From Candidatus Eiseniibacteriota bacterium (GTDB taxonomy: Bacteria; Eisenbacteria; RBG-16-71-46): a DNA stretch of 64,000 nt. Of the stretch, positions 1 through 10,299 are shown in pieces. Location of the stretch: assembly GCA_041483195.1 (NCBI GenBank), contig JBGPFC010000001.1, forward strand, positions 1-64,000, read 5' to 3'. The translations under genes and the position numbers were made by a program. Position 1 is the first letter of the stretch, and each line of letters opens with the position of its first letter. Below the pieces are notes generated by a model. It had not been told where the DNA came from, ran no database searches, and was given only the letters and a program-made list of their open reading frames with translations.

Positions 1-600
1 CGATGTCGGCCCGAGCCCGGTGACCGCCGGCGCGACGATGAGCCCCGCGGTGCGGGTAAAGGTTGCGGACGCGTTCGGCAATGGCGTCGCGGGTGAGCCG
101 GTCGCGCTCGCCCTGGTCGGCACCGGCGCACTCACCGGCGGTGGTGCGGTGAACTCCGACGCCAGCGGCATCGCCGAGTTCGCCGCGCTCTCGATCGATC
201 TCGCGGGCAGCAAGCAGCTCACTGCATCGAGCGGCGCACTGACGCCGGTGGCCAGCGCGAGCTTCAACGTCACCGCGGCGACGGCGACGACGCTTACGTT
301 CGATGTCGGCCCGAGCCCCGTGACCGCCGGAGCGACGATGAGCCCCGCGGTGCGAGTGAAAGTCTCCGACGCCTTCGGCAACGACGTCGCGGGTGAGTCG
401 GTCGCGCTCGCCCTGGTCGGCACCGGCGCACTCACCGGCGGTGGCGCAGTGAACTCCGACGCCAGCGGCATCGCCGAGTTCGCCGCGCTCTCGATCGATC
501 TCGCCGGCAGCAAGCAGCTCACCGCCTCGAGCGGCGCGCTGACGCCGGTGACCAGCGCGAGCTTCAACGTGACGGCATCCGCTCCCGCGATCCTCTCGTT
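1..600 (+). repeat. Near-identical 300-bp tandem duplication encoding a ~100-aa Ig-like domain
   Basis: 1-300 and 301-600 both start cgatgtcggcccgagccc and match over most of their length; a third diverged copy starts at 601. Confidence 0.9.
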
Positions 601-2719
601 CGAGGTCGGCCCGAGCGCGGCACTGGTGGGCGCGGTGATCGCGCCGTCGGTCGAGCTCAAGGTCACGGATGCGTCGTCGAATCCGCTTTCGGGCGTGAGC
701 GTCTCGCTTTCGCTGGTGGGTACCGGCACGCTGAGCGGCGGCGGTCCGGTGCTGACCAACCCTTCCGGCATCGCCACGTTCGCGGGACTCAGCGTGGATC
801 GCGCCGGCTCGAAGCAGTTGAGCGCCACGACCGCGACCCTCGGGCCGGTCTCGAGCGCCGCATTCGCGATCTCGTGCCCGACCTCGAGTCTCTCGCCCCC
901 GACCCTTCCCGCGGGGACCGTCGGCGTGGCGTACAGCCAGCTGGTCTCGGCGAGCGGCGGCACGGGGCCTTACACGTTCGCGGTGACGGCGGGCGCGCCG
1001 CCTTCCGGGCTGACGCTCGATTCGGGCAGCGGCGTGCTCGCCGGCACTCCGACCTCGAGCGGAACGTTCAACTTCACGGTCACGGCGACCGACGCGAACG
1101 CCTGCTCGGGGATCCTCGCCTACTCGCTCGGGATCTGCCCGGTGATCGCGGTGCTCCCCTCCTCGCTGCCCCCGGTCACGGTCGGGACGGCTTACTCGCA
1201 AACGCTGAGCGCCGGCGCCGGCACGGCGCCCTTCACCTTCACGATCGTTGCGGGCGCGCTGCCCGCGGGGCTCACGCTCTCGTCCGCCGGCCTGCTGTCG
1301 GGAACGCCCGGCGTGAGCGGCTCGTTCCCCTTCATGGTCGGCGTGTCCGACGCCGGCGGGTGCGGCGGAAGCCGGGCCTACACGCTCGAGGTGCCGGGTT
1401 TTCCCGCGGCGATCGCGAATCTGGCGGCGCCGCGGCGCACCAGCGGCAACGATGCGGACGGCACGGTGAAGATCGACATCACGTTCACGAACCCCGCATT
1501 CGCCGTGAGCGCCGAGATCTATCGCGCGCCGTTCGGTCACTACCCGCAGTACGACGACGCGGGCGGAGTGGTGCCTCCGATGCCGAGCTATCCGCCGGGG
1601 CCGCCCTGGACGCTGACGGGCGTCGCCGCGAGCGGTCAGTACGACGAGCCCGCGTCGCGCGACTTCTACTATTACGTCGCGTTCACGAAGAACGCGGCGG
1701 GCGCGACCTCGCCGGTGTCCAACCGCACCAGCGGGACCGCGAACTACCACCTCGGCGATGTCTCGAACGGAGTGACGGCGGGCGCCGGTGACAACCAGGT
1801 CGGTCCCGCGGACGTCTCGCTGCTCGGCGCGCACTACGGCATCAGCGGCTCGGCGATCACTAGCGCCGGGGTGGAGTACCTCGACGTCGGTCCGACCACC
1901 GACCTCCAGCTCACCTCACGCCCATTCACCGACCGGCGCATCAACTTCGAGGACCTGATCGTCTTCGCGAGCAACTACGGCGTCGTGTCGACGCCGCTCG
2001 CCGCGGCGCGCGCCGCCGACAATGCGGCCAACGCCAGCGGGTCGCCGGAGCGTCTCGCCGTCGAATCCCCATCGCTCGTCGAGGCGGGCGCCACGCTGAC
2101 GGCGGCGCTCACCCTCGAAGGCGCGGGCCGGGTGCAGGGTCTGTCGGTCGCGCTCGAGTGGGATCGCACCGTGGTCGAGCCGATCGGCGTGACCGGCGGC
2201 GGCCTGATCGAGGGACAGGGCGGTGTCGTGCTCTCGTCCGCGCCGGGCACCGTGGACGGCGCCCTGCTGGGCGTGCGCGAACGCGGCATCACCGGCAGTG
2301 GACAACTCGCGACCTTCAGGTTCCGCGCGCTGCGCCAGGGCGATCCCGCCATACGCATCGCGAGCGTATCCGCGCGCGACGCGGCCAATCGCCCGCTCGC
2401 GGAAGGCGCGCTGGTGGCGGGCTCGAACCGCGACTTGCCGGCGCGCACGCTGTTGCTCGCGCCCTTCCCGAATCCCTCGCGCTTCGGCGCGCGCATCGAG
2501 TTCGCGCTGGCGCGCGCGGCCCAGGTCGATCTGTCCATCTACTCGGTCGACGGCCGGCGCGTCCGCACGATCGTGAGAGGCCCGCGTGCCGCGGGGGCCT
2601 ATCGATTCCAGTGGGCGGGAGATGACGACCAGCGGCGTGCCGTGCCGCCGGGCGTCTACTACGTGCACCTCTCGACCGGCGCCGAACGCTTTACGCGCGC
2701 CCTGGTCCAGCTGCGATGA
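1..2719 (+). CDS. Large secreted protein, 5'-truncated by window edge: tandem Ig-like repeats, putative Ig (He_PIG) domains, dockerin-like and cohesin-like modules, C-terminal FlgD-Ig/T9SS-like domain
   Basis: Open frame from window edge; LPAGTVGVAYSQ...GALPAGLTL He_PIG motifs; GDVSNG...D...L.GAHYG / D..INFEDLIVFASNYG pair; ends PFPNPS...IYSVDGRRVRT...W.GDD...GVYY. Confidence 0.8.
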   Translation, partial: DVGPSPVTAGATMSPAVRVKVADAFGNGVAGEPVALALVGTGALTGGGAVNSDASGIAEFAALSIDLAGSKQLTASSGALTPVASASFNVTAATATTLTFDVGPSPVTAGATMSPAVRVKVSDAFGNDVAGESVALALVGTGALTGGGAVNSDASGIAEFAALSIDLAGSKQLTASSGALTPVTSASFNVTASAPAILSFEVGPSAALVGAVIAPSVELKVTDASSNPLSGVSVSLSLVGTGTLSGGGPVLTNPSGIATFAGLSVDRAGSKQLSATTATLGPVSSAAFAISCPTSSLSPPTLPAGTVGVAYSQLVSASGGTGPYTFAVTAGAPPSGLTLDSGSGVLAGTPTSSGTFNFTVTATDANACSGILAYSLGICPVIAVLPSSLPPVTVGTAYSQTLSAGAGTAPFTFTIVAGALPAGLTLSSAGLLSGTPGVSGSFPFMVGVSDAGGCGGSRAYTLEVPGFPAAIANLAAPRRTSGNDADGTVKIDITFTNPAFAVSAEIYRAPFGHYPQYDDAGGVVPPMPSYPPGPPWTLTGVAASGQYDEPASRDFYYYVAFTKNAAGATSPVSNRTSGTANYHLGDVSNGVTAGAGDNQVGPADVSLLGAHYGISGSAITSAGVEYLDVGPTTDLQLTSRPFTDRRINFEDLIVFASNYGVVSTPLAAARAADNAANASGSPERLAVESPSLVEAGATLTAALTLEGAGRVQGLSVALEWDRTVVEPIGVTGGGLIEGQGGVVLSSAPGTVDGALLGVRERGITGSGQLATFRFRALRQGDPAIRIASVSARDAANRPLAEGALVAGSNRDLPARTLLLAPFPNPSRFGARIEFALARAAQVDLSIYSVDGRRVRTIVRGPRAAGAYRFQWAGDDDQRRAVPPGVYYVHLSTGAERFTRALVQLR

Positions 2720-3567
2720 GCGAGGTCCCGGGCATGAGACCGTCGAACGCGCTCCGCCTCGCGATGCCGGCCCTGCTCGTCGGACTCCTCCTGCTCTCCG
2801 CCCCGGCTCCCGCGCGCGCGCAAGGCGTGCACGCCGCCTTGCTGCCCGCCCTCCAGAACGTGGAGCCCGGGAACGAGTTCGAGATCACGATCGATGTCTC
2901 GCAGTCCGGCTCGCAGTTCAACGGATTCGAAGCGGTCGTCCAGTACGACCCGGCGGCGCTCACCTTCCTGCAGCAGTCTCCGGTGTCGGTGCAACAGGGC
3001 TGCCTGATGACGGGCGCGTGCAGCGCGGCATGCGGGAACACGTTCCATCTCTTCTCGGCGGCTGGTGACAGCGTGGCCGTGAACGACCTGCTGCTCTGCA
3101 ATCAGATCACGCTCACCGGACCGGGCCATCTCTACGTGCTCCGCTTCCGCGCCTCCAGCACGTCCCAGATCACGTTCCTCACGTTTCACCGGACGAGGTT
3201 CTACAACGGCGGCCTGTTCGTGAATCCGGTCACCGCCGTCGGCTGTCGCGTGGATATCGGGTCGAACCTGGACGTCGGCGGGCCCGATCCCGTCGCCGGC
3301 CTGCGGCTCCGCGCCGCGCCCAACCCGGCGTTCGGCCGGATCACGCTCGGGATCCGCTCCGATGCTCCCGGCCTCCTGCGGGTGGACGTGCTCGACATCT
3401 CGGGGCGCACCGTGCGGCATCTCTCGCAGGAGTGGACGGCGGGCGAATCGCGGCTCGAATGGAACGGCCGCGACGACGCGGGGAACCGGATGGCCGCGGG
3501 CGTGTACCTGATTCGCGCGCGGCTCGGCGCCCGCTCCCGTCAGACCCGCGTCACCCTGCTGCAGTGA
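2716..3567 (+). CDS. Secreted cohesin-like domain protein with C-terminal FlgD-Ig/T9SS-like domain
   Basis: ATGA overlap with upstream stop; signal peptide; VEPGNEFEITIDV...FNGFEAVVQYDPAALTF...GPGHLYVLRFRA cohesin pattern; AAPNP...WNGRDDAG...GVY tail. Confidence 0.75.
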   Translation: MSEVPGMRPSNALRLAMPALLVGLLLLSAPAPARAQGVHAALLPALQNVEPGNEFEITIDVSQSGSQFNGFEAVVQYDPAALTFLQQSPVSVQQGCLMTGACSAACGNTFHLFSAAGDSVAVNDLLLCNQITLTGPGHLYVLRFRASSTSQITFLTFHRTRFYNGGLFVNPVTAVGCRVDIGSNLDVGGPDPVAGLRLRAAPNPAFGRITLGIRSDAPGLLRVDVLDISGRTVRHLSQEWTAGESRLEWNGRDDAGNRMAAGVYLIRARLGARSRQTRVTLLQ

Positions 3568-3579
3568 GACCCGACCTCG

Positions 3580-6500
3580 ATGTCCACGCCCCGCCCGGGA
3601 CCTAGCGTCTCCCGCCTCGCGCCGATGGCCCTCGCGGCGCTGGCGCTGGTCGCGTTCACACCCGTCGCGCTCATCGCGCAGACGGTTCGCGGCGACTTCT
3701 ACATCACCAACGGGCAGGTCAACGCGGAGGTGGTGCGCGGCAACACCCTCTACGCCGGCGGCGCGTTCACGCTCGTGGGCCCCGTCACCGGCGCGGGGGT
3801 GCCGGTCGACGCGACCACCGGATTGGCGGTGGTGGGATTCCCGCAGATCAGCGGCAGCGTGTTCGCGGTGGCCTCCGACGGCGCGGGCGGCTGGTTCGTG
3901 GGCGGGCTGTTCACCGCTGTCGACGGCGTCGCGCGCACCAATCTCGCGCACGTCCTCGCGAATCACAGCGTCTCCTCGTGGAATCCCGCCCCCAACGGCG
4001 CGGTGCGCGCGCTGGTGCTCGACGGCAGCACGCTGTTCGTCGCCGGCGACTTCACGACGCTCGCGGCGACGACCCGCAACCGCATCGGCGCGGTGGACGC
4101 CATCACCGGAACCCTCTCGGCGTGGAACCCCAACGCGAATTCCAGCGTGCGCGCCCTCGCGCTCTCGGGCTCGACGCTGTTCGTCGGGGGCCAGTTCACC
4201 AGCATCGGCGGACAGAATCGCAACCGAATCGCCGCGCTCGATACCGGCACCGGGCTCGCCTACCCGGGCTGGAATCCCAACGCGAACAGCCAGGTGCTGA
4301 CGCTGTGGACCGACGAAACATCGCTGCTGGCGGGCGGCCAGTTCACCAACATCGGCGGACAGACGCGCAATCGAATCGCCTCGCTCAGCCTCGCCACCGG
4401 CCTCGCGAACTCCTGGAATCCGAACGCCAACAACCAGGTGCTCTCGATCGCGTCGGACGGCATGGTGGTTTACGCGGGCGGCCAGTTCACCACCATCGGC
4501 GGGCAGGCGCGCAACCGGATCGCCGCCCTTGGCACGACCACCGGCCTGGCCACCGCGTGGAATCCCAATGCCGGAAATCTCGTGCAGGCGATGACGCTCG
4601 ACGACGGCACGCTGTACGCGGGCGGCGACTTTCTCACGATCGGCGGCCAGACCCGCGGGCGCATCGCGGCGCTCTCCACCGCCACCGGTCTCGCGAGCGG
4701 CTGGAATCCGAATGCGTTCAGCACCGTGTCGGCGGTGGCGGCGGCGGGCACGGAGGTGTTCCTGGGCGGGTCCTTCAGCGCGGTCGGCGGCGTGCCGCGC
4801 AACAACCTCGCCGCGTTCGACGTGACCACCGGCGCGCCGACCGCATGGGACCCGAACGCCAACAACCAGGTGCAGGCCCTGCTCGCCACTCCCGACGCGA
4901 TCTATGCGGGCGGCAATTTCTCGCAGATCGGCGGCAAGATCCGCAACAGCATCGCCGCGCTCGATCTCACCAACGGGCTGGCCACCTCGTGGGATCCGAA
5001 TTTCGATGGGCAGGTCTCCGCGCTCGCGTCGGCGAACGGCGTGATCTACGCGGGCGGATTGTTCAGCATGATCGGCGAGGAGCCCCGTCAGAATCTCGCG
5101 GCGCTCGATCCGGTCACCGGGCTCCCGACCCCCTGGGACCCTGGCACCGACGACCAGGTGTTCGCGCTCGCCGCGGGCGCATCCGTCCTCTACGTGGGCG
5201 GCAACTTCAGCGCCGCCGGCGGCCAGGCCCGCAACTTCATCGCAGCGATCGACCCCGCCACCGGGGCGGCCACCGCGTGGGACCCGGATGCGAGTGGAAC
5301 GGTGCGCACCATCGTTCCGACCTGTGATCGGGTCTACGTCGGCGGCTTCTTCACCGACATCGGCATGGTGCCACGCGGCAGGCTCGCGAGCCTCGATCCG
5401 GTCACCGGCCAGCCGCTCGCATGGAATCCCGACGCGAACGGACCGGTATTCGCGCTCGTGCCCTCCTCCGGCGTGATCTACGTGGGCGGCGTGATGAACA
5501 TGTTGGGCAGCACGACGCGCAACCGGATCGCCGCGCTCGACCCTCAGACCGGAGCCGCGACGGCGTGGGATCCGAACTCGGGCGGAACGGTGCGCTCGAT
5601 CGCGGTCGGGAGCGGCGAGGTCTACATCGGCGGCAATTTCACAGGCGTCGACGGCGTCGCCTCCGGCAACCTCGCCGCGATCTCGTCAGACGCCTCGTCG
5701 CCCTGCCCCGCGATCGCGCTCACGCCGCCGCCGCTCGCGGCCGGCGTGGTCGGCACCGCATACTCCTTCACGCCGAGCGCCTCGGGCGGAACGGGCCCCT
5801 ACTGCTGGTCGGTGTCCGCCGGCGCGCCGCCGCCGGGGATCTCGCTCGGCGCCTCGAGCGGACAGCTCTCGGGCACGCCGAGCGCATCCGGCGTTTACGT
5901 CTTCACGCTGGTCGCGACCGACGTCCGCGGCTGCCGCGGAAGCGCGGACTATGCGCTCACCATCACCCCCGTGCCGGCCGTCACGCAGATCGCGGCGAGC
6001 GGCGCCGGGCTCTGCATCAACCCCGCGCGCGCCTGCGTGTCGCTGCCGTTCGTGTTCACGCGCGGCGAGTCAACGGGGCTGCGCGCGGTGAGCGTCACCT
6101 TCCAGCTCGAAGCGGCGAAGCTCGTGCGCTGCGGGGCCACCGCCGCAGCGAGCATTCATCCCGGCGACTGGGCCGCAGCCTTCCCGAATCTCGCGTTCGA
6201 AGTGATCGACAACGGCGGCGGCTCGTACACCGTCGATCAGGTCGTGCTCGGGCAACCGTGCGGCATCGAAGGCGGCGGCACACTGTTCACGATGGATCTC
6301 GCAGCAGCGGGGCCGGACGGCGCGGGAACGGTGAGCGTGACCTCGGTCACCGCTCGCGACTGCGGCAACGCGCCGGTCGGCGTGCTGGCGGGCGCGCCGG
6401 CTTCGATCCTGATCTCGAGCACGCCGATCGTCGTGCTGCCCGCTTCGCTCCCCGCCGCCACCATCGGCGCAGCGTACAGCCAGACTTTCGCGACGACCTC

Positions 6501-9500
6501 CGGAACGCTGCCCATCACGTTCGCGAAGACCGCCGGCGCGCTGCCCGCGGGGCTCGCGCTGACGCAGGCCGGGCTGCTGGCTGGCGTCCCGGCTCAGACC
6601 GGCACGTTCGCGTTCACGGTCACCGCGACCGACGCGGGCGGCTGCACCGGCGCGCGCGCCTGCACGCTCGCGGTGAGCTGTCCCGCGATCGCGATCGCAC
6701 CCGCCCTGCTGCCGGATGGCGCGGTGGACACCGAATACGCACAGACCTTCACGGCTTCGGCGGGGCTCGCGCCCGTCGCCTTCACGGTCTCGGCGGGAAG
6801 CCTGCCGGCGGGTCTGACGCTCTCGGCCGGCGGCCTGCTCTCGGGCACGCCCACCACCTCTGGCACTTCGGTCTTCACCATCCACGTGGCGGATTCTGCC
6901 GGTTGCGCAGCGGAGAACAGCTACACGCTCGACATCTTCGCCACCCCGCCGCTGTCGAGCGTCGCGGCGAACACCGCCGGGCTCGCGATCTCGTCGGCGA
7001 ACCCGTGCGTGAGCGTGCCGTTCGAGTTCACGCGCGGGGAGTCGGCGCTCGCGCTCGGCGTGAGCGTGACCTTCCAGATCGACGCGGCGATGCTGTCGCT
7101 GTGCACCCCGCTCCAGCCCACATCGAGCGTGCACCTCGGTCCGTGGTTCGCGGGCTACACCAACGCGGGCGTCCAGGTCGTCGATCTGGGCGGCGGCGCA
7201 TACACGGTGGACGCTGTGCTGCTCGGCTCGCCGTGCGGCATCACCGGATCGGGCGCGCCGTTCATCGTGGACCTGCGCTCGGTGGCGGGCGACGGCCTGG
7301 GCGCCATCACCGTGACGCGCGTGCACGTTCGCGACTGCGGCAATCAGCCGATCCCGGTGCTGGCCGGCGCGCCGGCGCAATTGCGCATCCTCAACACGCC
7401 GATCGCCCTCACTCCGCCCACGCTGCCCAACGGCTTCATCGCTCAGGCCTACTCGCAGACGATCGCCGCCGAAGCGGGCGCCGCGCCGTTCACGTTCTCG
7501 ATCTCCGCCGGGGCGCTGCCGCCCGGACTCACGCTCTCGCCGGCGGGAGTCCTCGCGGGCACGCCGGGCGCGACCGGCACCTTCCCGTTCACGGTGCACG
7601 TCGCCGACGTGGCGGGCTGCCCGGGCAGCCGGAGCTATTCGCTCAGCGTCTCGTGCTCGCCGTTCGCGGTGCAGCCCGCCACGCTGCCCGACGCGCAGGT
7701 CGGCGTTGCGTACAAGCAGCTCCTCAACACGACCGGCGGGCTCACGCCGATCGCGTGGAGCATCTCCGCCGGAGCGCTGCCCGCGGGGCTCACGCTCTCG
7801 GCGATCACCGGCGAGATCACGGGGACCCCTTCGGCGCCGGGCGTCGGCGTGTTCACGGTCACCGCGACCGACTCGGCCGGCTGCGCGGCGAGCGAGCCCT
7901 ACACGCTGCCGGCCTTCACCGACCCGTTCGTGTCGAGCGTGACCGCGAGCACCGCGGGGCTCTGCCTCTCCGCCACGCGCGCCTGCGTCAGCGTTCCGTT
8001 CGTCTACGCGCGCGGCGAATCGGCGGCGGCGCGCGGCGCGACCGTCACCTTCCACATCGACACCGCGCGCTTCGCGCTCTGCACACCGGGCTCGCCCGCC
8101 TCGAGCATTCACTCCGGCGGCTGGCTCGCGTCCTACTCCAACCCCACCTTCCAGATCAACGACCTCGGCGGCGGCTCATACACCGTCGATCTCGCGCTGC
8201 TCGGCTCGCCCTGCGGGCCGACGCAGGGCGGCGTGCTGTTCACGGCCGACGTGCAGGCGGTGGGCGGCGATGGGCTCGGCAACATCGACGTGACCGAGGT
8301 CCACGTGCGCGATTGCTCGAACGCGCCGCTGCCGGGCGTGCCCGGACCCTCGGCGCAGCTGGTGGTGAGCCACCTCGCGCCGCCCGCGATCTCCGATCTC
8401 GACGCCGCGCAGGTGCTCGCGGGCAACAGCGGCTCGACCACCGGGATCACGGTGACCTGGACCGCGCCGGCGCCCGGGATCGTCAGCCTCTATCGCGCGC
8501 CGTTCGGCAGCTACCCGGAATACGACGACCTCGGCGGCGGCGCGCCGGATTCGGCGCTGGCACCCGGCGCGCCGTGGACGCTGGCGAGCGCCGACGCGCA
8601 GCCGGGTCTCGTCGATCACCCGGACACGCGCGGGTTCTGGCACTACGTCGCGTTCATCACCGACTCGTGCGGCAATCGCTCGGCGGTCTCGAACCGCTCG
8701 CGCGGCGCGCTCGATTACCACCTCGGCGACGTGAGCGACGGCGTCACGATCGGAACCGGCGACGATCGCGTCGCGCTCGAGGACATCTCGCTGCTCGGCG
8801 CGCACTACGGCATCTCGGGCGCCGCGCTGATCACCGACGGGGTCGCCTACCTCGACGTCGGCCCCACCACCGACGGGCAGACTACCTCGCGCCCCGTCAC
8901 CGACGACGCGATCGGCTTCGAGGACCTGATGGTGTTCGCCGCCAACTTCACGGTGGGCTCGGCGCCGCAGGCGGCGTTGCGCCAGGTCGATGCGCCGCGG
9001 GGCGCTGGCGAGGCGTTCGAGGTCGAGGCGCCCTCGCTGGTCGAGCCCGGCGATGGCGTGACCGCGCACCTCCGGCTCATCGCCGGCGGCCGCATGCAGG
9101 GATTCTCCGCGGCGCTCGAGTGGGACGCCTCGGTGGTCACGCCGATCGCGACCGCGAGCGCCGGCTGGATCGAGGCCCAGGGCGGCGTGGTGCTGAGCCC
9201 GAAGCAGGGCGGCATCGACGCGGCGCTGCTCGGGTCGCGCGGCAGCGGCATCGCCGGCTCCGGCGAATTCGCGAGCGTGACTTTCCGCGTGCTGCGCGAG
9301 GGCGACGCCGCGATCCGGCTGCGCCCGGTCGTGGCGCGCGACATCGCCAATCGCACGCTCGATCTCACCTCGCTCACGCGCTCGACCCGCGAGGCCGCGC
9401 CCTCGCACACCACGCTCCTCATGCCGTGGCCCAATCCCGCGCGCGGGGTCGCCACGATCGCGTTCGCGCTCGCGCGCGCGGGCGCCGCCGAGTTGACGCT

Positions 9501-9681
9501 CTACTCGGTGGATGGGCGCCGGGTGCGCACGCTGGCGAGCGGCCCGCGCGCGCCGGGGATCCACCGCATCGCGTGGAACGGCGACGACGACGCCCGCCGC
9601 CCGCTGGCGCCGGGCGTGTACTGGGCGCGGCTCGAGGCGGACGGCCTGCGCTTCACGCGCCGCGTCGTCCTGCTGCGGTAG
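3580..9681 (+). CDS. 2033-aa secreted protein: beta-propeller-type repeats, He_PIG domains, three Cys-containing cohesin-like repeats, dockerin-like plus cohesin-like module, FlgD-Ig/T9SS-like tail
   Basis: Signal peptide; about a dozen WNPNAN..V.AL...LY.GG.FT.IGG..RNRIAAL repeats; C-terminal region paralogous to that of the first gene. Confidence 0.85.
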   Translation: MSTPRPGPSVSRLAPMALAALALVAFTPVALIAQTVRGDFYITNGQVNAEVVRGNTLYAGGAFTLVGPVTGAGVPVDATTGLAVVGFPQISGSVFAVASDGAGGWFVGGLFTAVDGVARTNLAHVLANHSVSSWNPAPNGAVRALVLDGSTLFVAGDFTTLAATTRNRIGAVDAITGTLSAWNPNANSSVRALALSGSTLFVGGQFTSIGGQNRNRIAALDTGTGLAYPGWNPNANSQVLTLWTDETSLLAGGQFTNIGGQTRNRIASLSLATGLANSWNPNANNQVLSIASDGMVVYAGGQFTTIGGQARNRIAALGTTTGLATAWNPNAGNLVQAMTLDDGTLYAGGDFLTIGGQTRGRIAALSTATGLASGWNPNAFSTVSAVAAAGTEVFLGGSFSAVGGVPRNNLAAFDVTTGAPTAWDPNANNQVQALLATPDAIYAGGNFSQIGGKIRNSIAALDLTNGLATSWDPNFDGQVSALASANGVIYAGGLFSMIGEEPRQNLAALDPVTGLPTPWDPGTDDQVFALAAGASVLYVGGNFSAAGGQARNFIAAIDPATGAATAWDPDASGTVRTIVPTCDRVYVGGFFTDIGMVPRGRLASLDPVTGQPLAWNPDANGPVFALVPSSGVIYVGGVMNMLGSTTRNRIAALDPQTGAATAWDPNSGGTVRSIAVGSGEVYIGGNFTGVDGVASGNLAAISSDASSPCPAIALTPPPLAAGVVGTAYSFTPSASGGTGPYCWSVSAGAPPPGISLGASSGQLSGTPSASGVYVFTLVATDVRGCRGSADYALTITPVPAVTQIAASGAGLCINPARACVSLPFVFTRGESTGLRAVSVTFQLEAAKLVRCGATAAASIHPGDWAAAFPNLAFEVIDNGGGSYTVDQVVLGQPCGIEGGGTLFTMDLAAAGPDGAGTVSVTSVTARDCGNAPVGVLAGAPASILISSTPIVVLPASLPAATIGAAYSQTFATTSGTLPITFAKTAGALPAGLALTQAGLLAGVPAQTGTFAFTVTATDAGGCTGARACTLAVSCPAIAIAPALLPDGAVDTEYAQTFTASAGLAPVAFTVSAGSLPAGLTLSAGGLLSGTPTTSGTSVFTIHVADSAGCAAENSYTLDIFATPPLSSVAANTAGLAISSANPCVSVPFEFTRGESALALGVSVTFQIDAAMLSLCTPLQPTSSVHLGPWFAGYTNAGVQVVDLGGGAYTVDAVLLGSPCGITGSGAPFIVDLRSVAGDGLGAITVTRVHVRDCGNQPIPVLAGAPAQLRILNTPIALTPPTLPNGFIAQAYSQTIAAEAGAAPFTFSISAGALPPGLTLSPAGVLAGTPGATGTFPFTVHVADVAGCPGSRSYSLSVSCSPFAVQPATLPDAQVGVAYKQLLNTTGGLTPIAWSISAGALPAGLTLSAITGEITGTPSAPGVGVFTVTATDSAGCAASEPYTLPAFTDPFVSSVTASTAGLCLSATRACVSVPFVYARGESAAARGATVTFHIDTARFALCTPGSPASSIHSGGWLASYSNPTFQINDLGGGSYTVDLALLGSPCGPTQGGVLFTADVQAVGGDGLGNIDVTEVHVRDCSNAPLPGVPGPSAQLVVSHLAPPAISDLDAAQVLAGNSGSTTGITVTWTAPAPGIVSLYRAPFGSYPEYDDLGGGAPDSALAPGAPWTLASADAQPGLVDHPDTRGFWHYVAFITDSCGNRSAVSNRSRGALDYHLGDVSDGVTIGTGDDRVALEDISLLGAHYGISGAALITDGVAYLDVGPTTDGQTTSRPVTDDAIGFEDLMVFAANFTVGSAPQAALRQVDAPRGAGEAFEVEAPSLVEPGDGVTAHLRLIAGGRMQGFSAALEWDASVVTPIATASAGWIEAQGGVVLSPKQGGIDAALLGSRGSGIAGSGEFASVTFRVLREGDAAIRLRPVVARDIANRTLDLTSLTRSTREAAPSHTTLLMPWPNPARGVATIAFALARAGAAELTLYSVDGRRVRTLASGPRAPGIHRIAWNGDDDARRPLAPGVYWARLEADGLRFTRRVVLLR

Positions 9682-9690
9682 CCTCCACGC

Positions 9691-10284
9691 ATGAATCCGC
9701 CCGCATCGGCTTCAGTGCCTCGCGCCGCAGCGCTGACGCTCGGCTTCCTCGTGACGCTCGTGACGACGCTCGCCGCGCTGCCGCCGCGGCCGGCGCCGGC
9801 CGCCGAGCCGCAACCGAATCTCACCGACTTCATCGCGCCCCCGGGCTCGAAACAGACCTTCCGGCCCTTCATGCTCCACGCCGACCTGTGGGTGGGCATC
9901 GACCCGCGCGCGCGGCTCGACTCCACCGTCTACGCGCTCGAGAAGGGCGCGCGCTGCTGCCGCGTCCTCAGCGCCGACAGCCTGTGGGCCGTTGACTACA
10001 CCTGGCTCTACCCGCACGGCGTGCTGCCGCCCCGCTGGTACGACGCCGACGCGCTGATGCGCGTGAGCGACTCGCTCAAGGTCGGCGACGACGCGCTGAT
10101 CACCTTCACCTTCGGGACCTGCCGCATCGGGGTGAGGGCGAAGAACTTCGAGCAGGCGCACGCCGAGGCGCTGCGCCTGTGGCCGGCGGAGATGCCGGTC
10201 CGCCTGCGCGGCCGGCTCAAGCTCAAGCTCGAGCGCGCCGAGAAGGCGCTGCACGGCGGCAGCAACGACGACGCGACGCGCTAG
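9691..10284 (+). CDS. Hypothetical exported protein
   Basis: Signal-like N-terminus, GC3-rich codons, sits between co-oriented genes. Confidence 0.6.
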   Translation: MNPPASASVPRAAALTLGFLVTLVTTLAALPPRPAPAAEPQPNLTDFIAPPGSKQTFRPFMLHADLWVGIDPRARLDSTVYALEKGARCCRVLSADSLWAVDYTWLYPHGVLPPRWYDADALMRVSDSLKVGDDALITFTFGTCRIGVRAKNFEQAHAEALRLWPAEMPVRLRGRLKLKLERAEKALHGGSNDDATR

Positions 10285-10299
10285 GCTACACTGCCCCGC

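Noticed and set aside
3690..5690. Periodic DNA repeats resembling a CRISPR array
   Set aside because: Degenerate coding repeats of a propeller protein; no unique spacers or cas genes
5421..9995. 1524-aa overlapping ORF and similar long alternative-frame ORFs
   Set aside because: Expected stop-poor shadow frames in high-GC DNA; no motifs
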